This document shows, in pieces, positions 29,808-32,672 of a stretch of 32,672 bases of DNA. Source of the stretch: Candidatus Omnitrophota bacterium. GTDB lineage: Bacteria; Ratteibacteria; UBA8468; B48-G9; JAFGKM01. How positions within the stretch are numbered: position 1 is the first letter of the stretch; the number at the start of each line of letters is the position of its first letter. The DNA lies in NCBI GenBank assembly GCA_023818745.1, contig JAMWBY010000003.1, positions 1-32,672 on the forward strand. The letters run 5' to 3'. The position numbers and the translations under genes were made by a program. The notes under the pieces were generated by a model. It saw only the letters and a program-made list of their open reading frames with translations, was not told where the DNA came from and ran no database searches.

Positions 29808-31374
29808 GATTAAGTGGAGAAAAAAAGAGAAGAAGGGAATAAAGGGGTTTGATAAGAGAAAAGCAGTATTATTAATATTGTTGTTGGCATTTCTCCTTAG
29901 AATAAGTTATTTGTTTTTTTTGAAAGACACTGTTTTTTTTAATCCTTATATTATGGATAAACATGACCAAAAAACATTTATTTTATGGGCAGAACAGATT
30001 TTAAAGCATCCTTTTTATGTTGATGGAAATGTTTTTTATATGGCTCCATTTTATCCTTATTTTCTTGCTTTTGTTCATTTAATTTCAAATGGTAATTTAT
30101 TTTTAATTTATATTGTACAAATTTTATTTGATGTCTTTTTATGCTATTTAATTTATCTTCTCGGGAAAATACTCTATGATGAAGCAACTGGAATTCTTGC
30201 AAGTTTTTTCTGTGCATTTTATAGGTCTTTTGTTATCTATTCATCTACTATTCTAAGTGACAATTTAATTATGTTTCTTTATATTTCTTTTATTACTTCT
30301 TTGTACGTTTTTCTTATGAGGAAAAGTTTGAAATGGTTGATAATTACAGGAATTTTGCTTGGTTTTTCTGCTCTTGCAAAACCAACTATTGGAATTTTTT
30401 TACCATTTTTATTTATCGGACTTTTAATTTATGATAAAAAAGATTGCTTATTAAATTTAAAATTTAAAATTGGATATCCTCAGGATAGAATTTTTACTTT
30501 TTTTTTCATTGTTTTTATTGCAGGAATTGTAATTTTACCGATTACTATAAGGAATTGGTATGTTGGAAGAGTTTTTGTTCCTATATGTTCAAATGGTCCT
30601 GAAAACTGGAGGATTGGTAATAGCGCTGATTCTATTGGTCTCTTTTACTATCCAACAGGTCCACTTCTTTCACCTTTATCATTGGATTTCTGGAAATTAT
30701 TTTTAAAAAAAATGTATCTATTTTTTACAAGTTATGAGTGGCCTCAGAATATGAATATTTATTTAATGGAACAGTTAATACCTTTGCTTAAAATTGCTTT
30801 TGTTAGATTTGGTTTAATAATCCCACTTGGTTTATTTGGATTAATTTTATTTTTTAAAAATTTTAGAAAAAATTTTTTATTTATAACATTTACTTTTTCA
30901 AATATTCTATGGGTTGTTTTATTTTTCATTGTTGATAGATACAGATTTCCTGCAGTCGCTTGTTTTTCTATATCTGCCGCATATCTTATTATATGGGCTT
31001 ATAAAGAAATATTTAAAAATAAAAAAATTTTGTATCCATTTTTAATGTTTTTTTTAATATTTATTTTTGCTTATATTTTTAATAGTGGCCCTTCTGAACT
31101 ATTGCCTCGTAAAAGTAAAGAAATTTTTGGGTATTTAAGTGCCAAAGGAATAGGAGAAGATTTGAGAGAGAAAAAAATAAAACAGGCATATAAAAAAGCA
31201 ACTGCATTTTTGAAAATTTTACCTGATGACCCAAAAAGTAATTTTCTGATGGCTCTTGTTTATTACGAGATGGGAGATAGAGAAAAAATGTTTTGGTATT
31301 TAGATAAAACTTTTAAACTTAATCCTGAATTTAAACCAGCAAAAGAATTTTTAGAAGATTTGAATAGAAAATGA
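29806..31374 (+). CDS. GT-C membrane glycosyltransferase (ArnT/PMT-like, GT39/GT83) with C-terminal TPR
   Basis: Multiple TM helices; first loop 'DKHDQKTF..WA', 'APFYPYFLA', 'GILLGFSALAKP', 'PITIRNW', 'DRYRFPA'; C-terminal TPR-like helices. Confidence 0.85.
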   Translation: MIKWRKKEKKGIKGFDKRKAVLLILLLAFLLRISYLFFLKDTVFFNPYIMDKHDQKTFILWAEQILKHPFYVDGNVFYMAPFYPYFLAFVHLISNGNLFLIYIVQILFDVFLCYLIYLLGKILYDEATGILASFFCAFYRSFVIYSSTILSDNLIMFLYISFITSLYVFLMRKSLKWLIITGILLGFSALAKPTIGIFLPFLFIGLLIYDKKDCLLNLKFKIGYPQDRIFTFFFIVFIAGIVILPITIRNWYVGRVFVPICSNGPENWRIGNSADSIGLFYYPTGPLLSPLSLDFWKLFLKKMYLFFTSYEWPQNMNIYLMEQLIPLLKIAFVRFGLIIPLGLFGLILFFKNFRKNFLFITFTFSNILWVVLFFIVDRYRFPAVACFSISAAYLIIWAYKEIFKNKKILYPFLMFFLIFIFAYIFNSGPSELLPRKSKEIFGYLSAKGIGEDLREKKIKQAYKKATAFLKILPDDPKSNFLMALVYYEMGDREKMFWYLDKTFKLNPEFKPAKEFLEDLNRK

Positions 31375-32672
31375 TAATTTTAAAAAAAATTTTATTTTTA
31401 ATAATATTTTCCTTCTATTTCTGTTTTGGGAATATTAAAAATTTATCTATTGAAAAGCAAGAAAGAATTATTATATTTGCACCTCATCCTGATGATGAAA
31501 TTCTTGCCTGCGCAGGTTTAATTCAGAAAATTATAAAAAATCAAGGTGAAGTATATATTGTTTATCTTACAAATGGCGACCATAATCAATTACCTTATAG
31601 GATTTATGAAAAAAAGATTATTTTAAACCCAACCGATTATATAAAACTTGGAGAAATAAGAAGAAAAGAGTCAATAAAAGCAACAGGAATTTTGGGTATT
31701 CCTAAGGGAAATCTGATATTTTTAGGGTATCCTGATTTTGGGACATTGAAAATTTGGGAAAATTATTGGGGACAAAATAAACCATATAAAAGTTTTCTAA
31801 CAAAAGCAAGTTATGTTCCTTATAAAGAAAATTATTCTTTTGGAAGACCATATATAAGTGAGAGTATTTTAACCGATATTAAAGAATTACTTAAAGATAT
31901 AAAACCAACAAAAGTATTTACAACTTCTCCTTATGATACCAATGTTGACCATAGAGCACTTTATAATTTTATCAGAGTAGCAATTTTAGAACAAGAAATA
32001 AAACCAGAAATTTTTATTTATTTAATACATTTTAAAAATTATCCAGGTAAGTCAGAAAAATTAATTTTGCCTGATATTTTTTCTATTTTTGAAATTTATA
32101 ATATCTTTCTTGATGAAAAAGAAATAGAAAATAAAAAAGTTGCCTTGGAATGTTTTAAATCTCAAACAATATTTAAAAAAAACTGGTTTTCTTCTTTTGT
32201 TAAAAGTAATGAAATTTTTTATAAAGAAAATGATTTGAAATTAAAAAGTAATATAATTATGGAGAGTGAAAAAGAAGCAGAATATAATGAATATAGGAAT
32301 ATTTCTTTACCATTTTATGTAAACTTAAAAAATAAAGGAGAGTTTTTAGAAGTTGAGTTTATACATAAAAAGAAAACAATTCTGCCTACCTATTATGTTT
32401 TTTATTTATTTCCTTTTAAGAAACAAATTGAGTTTTCAAAAATGCCCAAAATAAAAATAAATTTAAAAAAAGAAAATGGAATTTTGACTTCTTTAAATTA
32501 TTTAACACCTACAAATCAACTTAAGTATGAAAAATCAAAAGATAAATTTAATTTCAAAATAAAATACGAGGATATAAATTATCCTGAGTACTTATTTTTC
32601 TCAGCAAATATAAAAATTGGTAATATAAATTATGATTTTATTCCTTGGGAGGTTATAAAGATTGAATATTAA
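31371..32672 (+). CDS. PIG-L/LmbE family deacetylase with signal peptide and C-terminal extension
   Basis: FAPHPDDE, VYLTNGD, RRKES, FLGYPD, DTNVDHRA, KKVALECFKSQ; ATGA-coupled to the GT gene; stop TAA at the window end. Confidence 0.88.
   Translation: MIILKKILFLIIFSFYFCFGNIKNLSIEKQERIIIFAPHPDDEILACAGLIQKIIKNQGEVYIVYLTNGDHNQLPYRIYEKKIILNPTDYIKLGEIRRKESIKATGILGIPKGNLIFLGYPDFGTLKIWENYWGQNKPYKSFLTKASYVPYKENYSFGRPYISESILTDIKELLKDIKPTKVFTTSPYDTNVDHRALYNFIRVAILEQEIKPEIFIYLIHFKNYPGKSEKLILPDIFSIFEIYNIFLDEKEIENKKVALECFKSQTIFKKNWFSSFVKSNEIFYKENDLKLKSNIIMESEKEAEYNEYRNISLPFYVNLKNKGEFLEVEFIHKKKTILPTYYVFYLFPFKKQIEFSKMPKIKINLKKENGILTSLNYLTPTNQLKYEKSKDKFNFKIKYEDINYPEYLFFSANIKIGNINYDFIPWEVIKIEY

Noticed and set aside
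1195-30217. Numerous short alternative-frame and antisense ORFs in the track (e.g. 1195-1437, 5153-5449, 13205-13597, 18690-19166, 20090-20395, 26052-26414, 29978-30217)
   Set aside because: They lie within or opposite well-supported genes and show the F/I/S/L-rich composition expected of shadow ORFs in AT-rich coding DNA.

Overview
This is a very AT-rich (by eye under about 30% GC), densely coding bacterial chromosome segment using the standard genetic code. It probably comes from a diderm, since it carries an LptC/LptA-like gene; Omnitrophota/Ratteibacteria-like is only a tentative impression. From left to right: the 3' end of a LeuB/IDH-family dehydrogenase, a GH127 glycosidase, a small secreted OB-fold-like protein, a multiply disrupted UroD/MtaA-family pseudogene, an M24 peptidase-NfeD-LOG operon, a macrodomain protein and an Fe-S aldo/keto reductase. 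Next is a 12.6 kb minus-strand housekeeping operon (nusA, infB, HIT, lptC-like, spoIID-like, hpf, ptsN-like, ptsI, pgi/pmi, metK, ahcY, coaE, rho). It is followed by a plus-strand run: MFS, hypothetical, CCA enzyme, HIT, EndoQ, stand-alone GMP synthase B subunit, hisH, hisF, NDP-sugar epimerase, ArsR, GT-C glycosyltransferase and PIG-L deacetylase. I found no rRNA, tRNA, CRISPR array or transposase. The most notable observations are: (1) an arsR gene bracketed by two direct copies of a 28-bp palindrome, either an operator or a dif-like recombination site; (2) a GATase-less, archaeal-type GMP synthase subunit followed by hisH-hisF without hisA and then glycan genes; (3) recurring leaderless-promoter geometry at the starts of transcription units, including a 21-aa unannotated upstream ORF. 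All functional calls come from motif recognition by eye, with no database searches.
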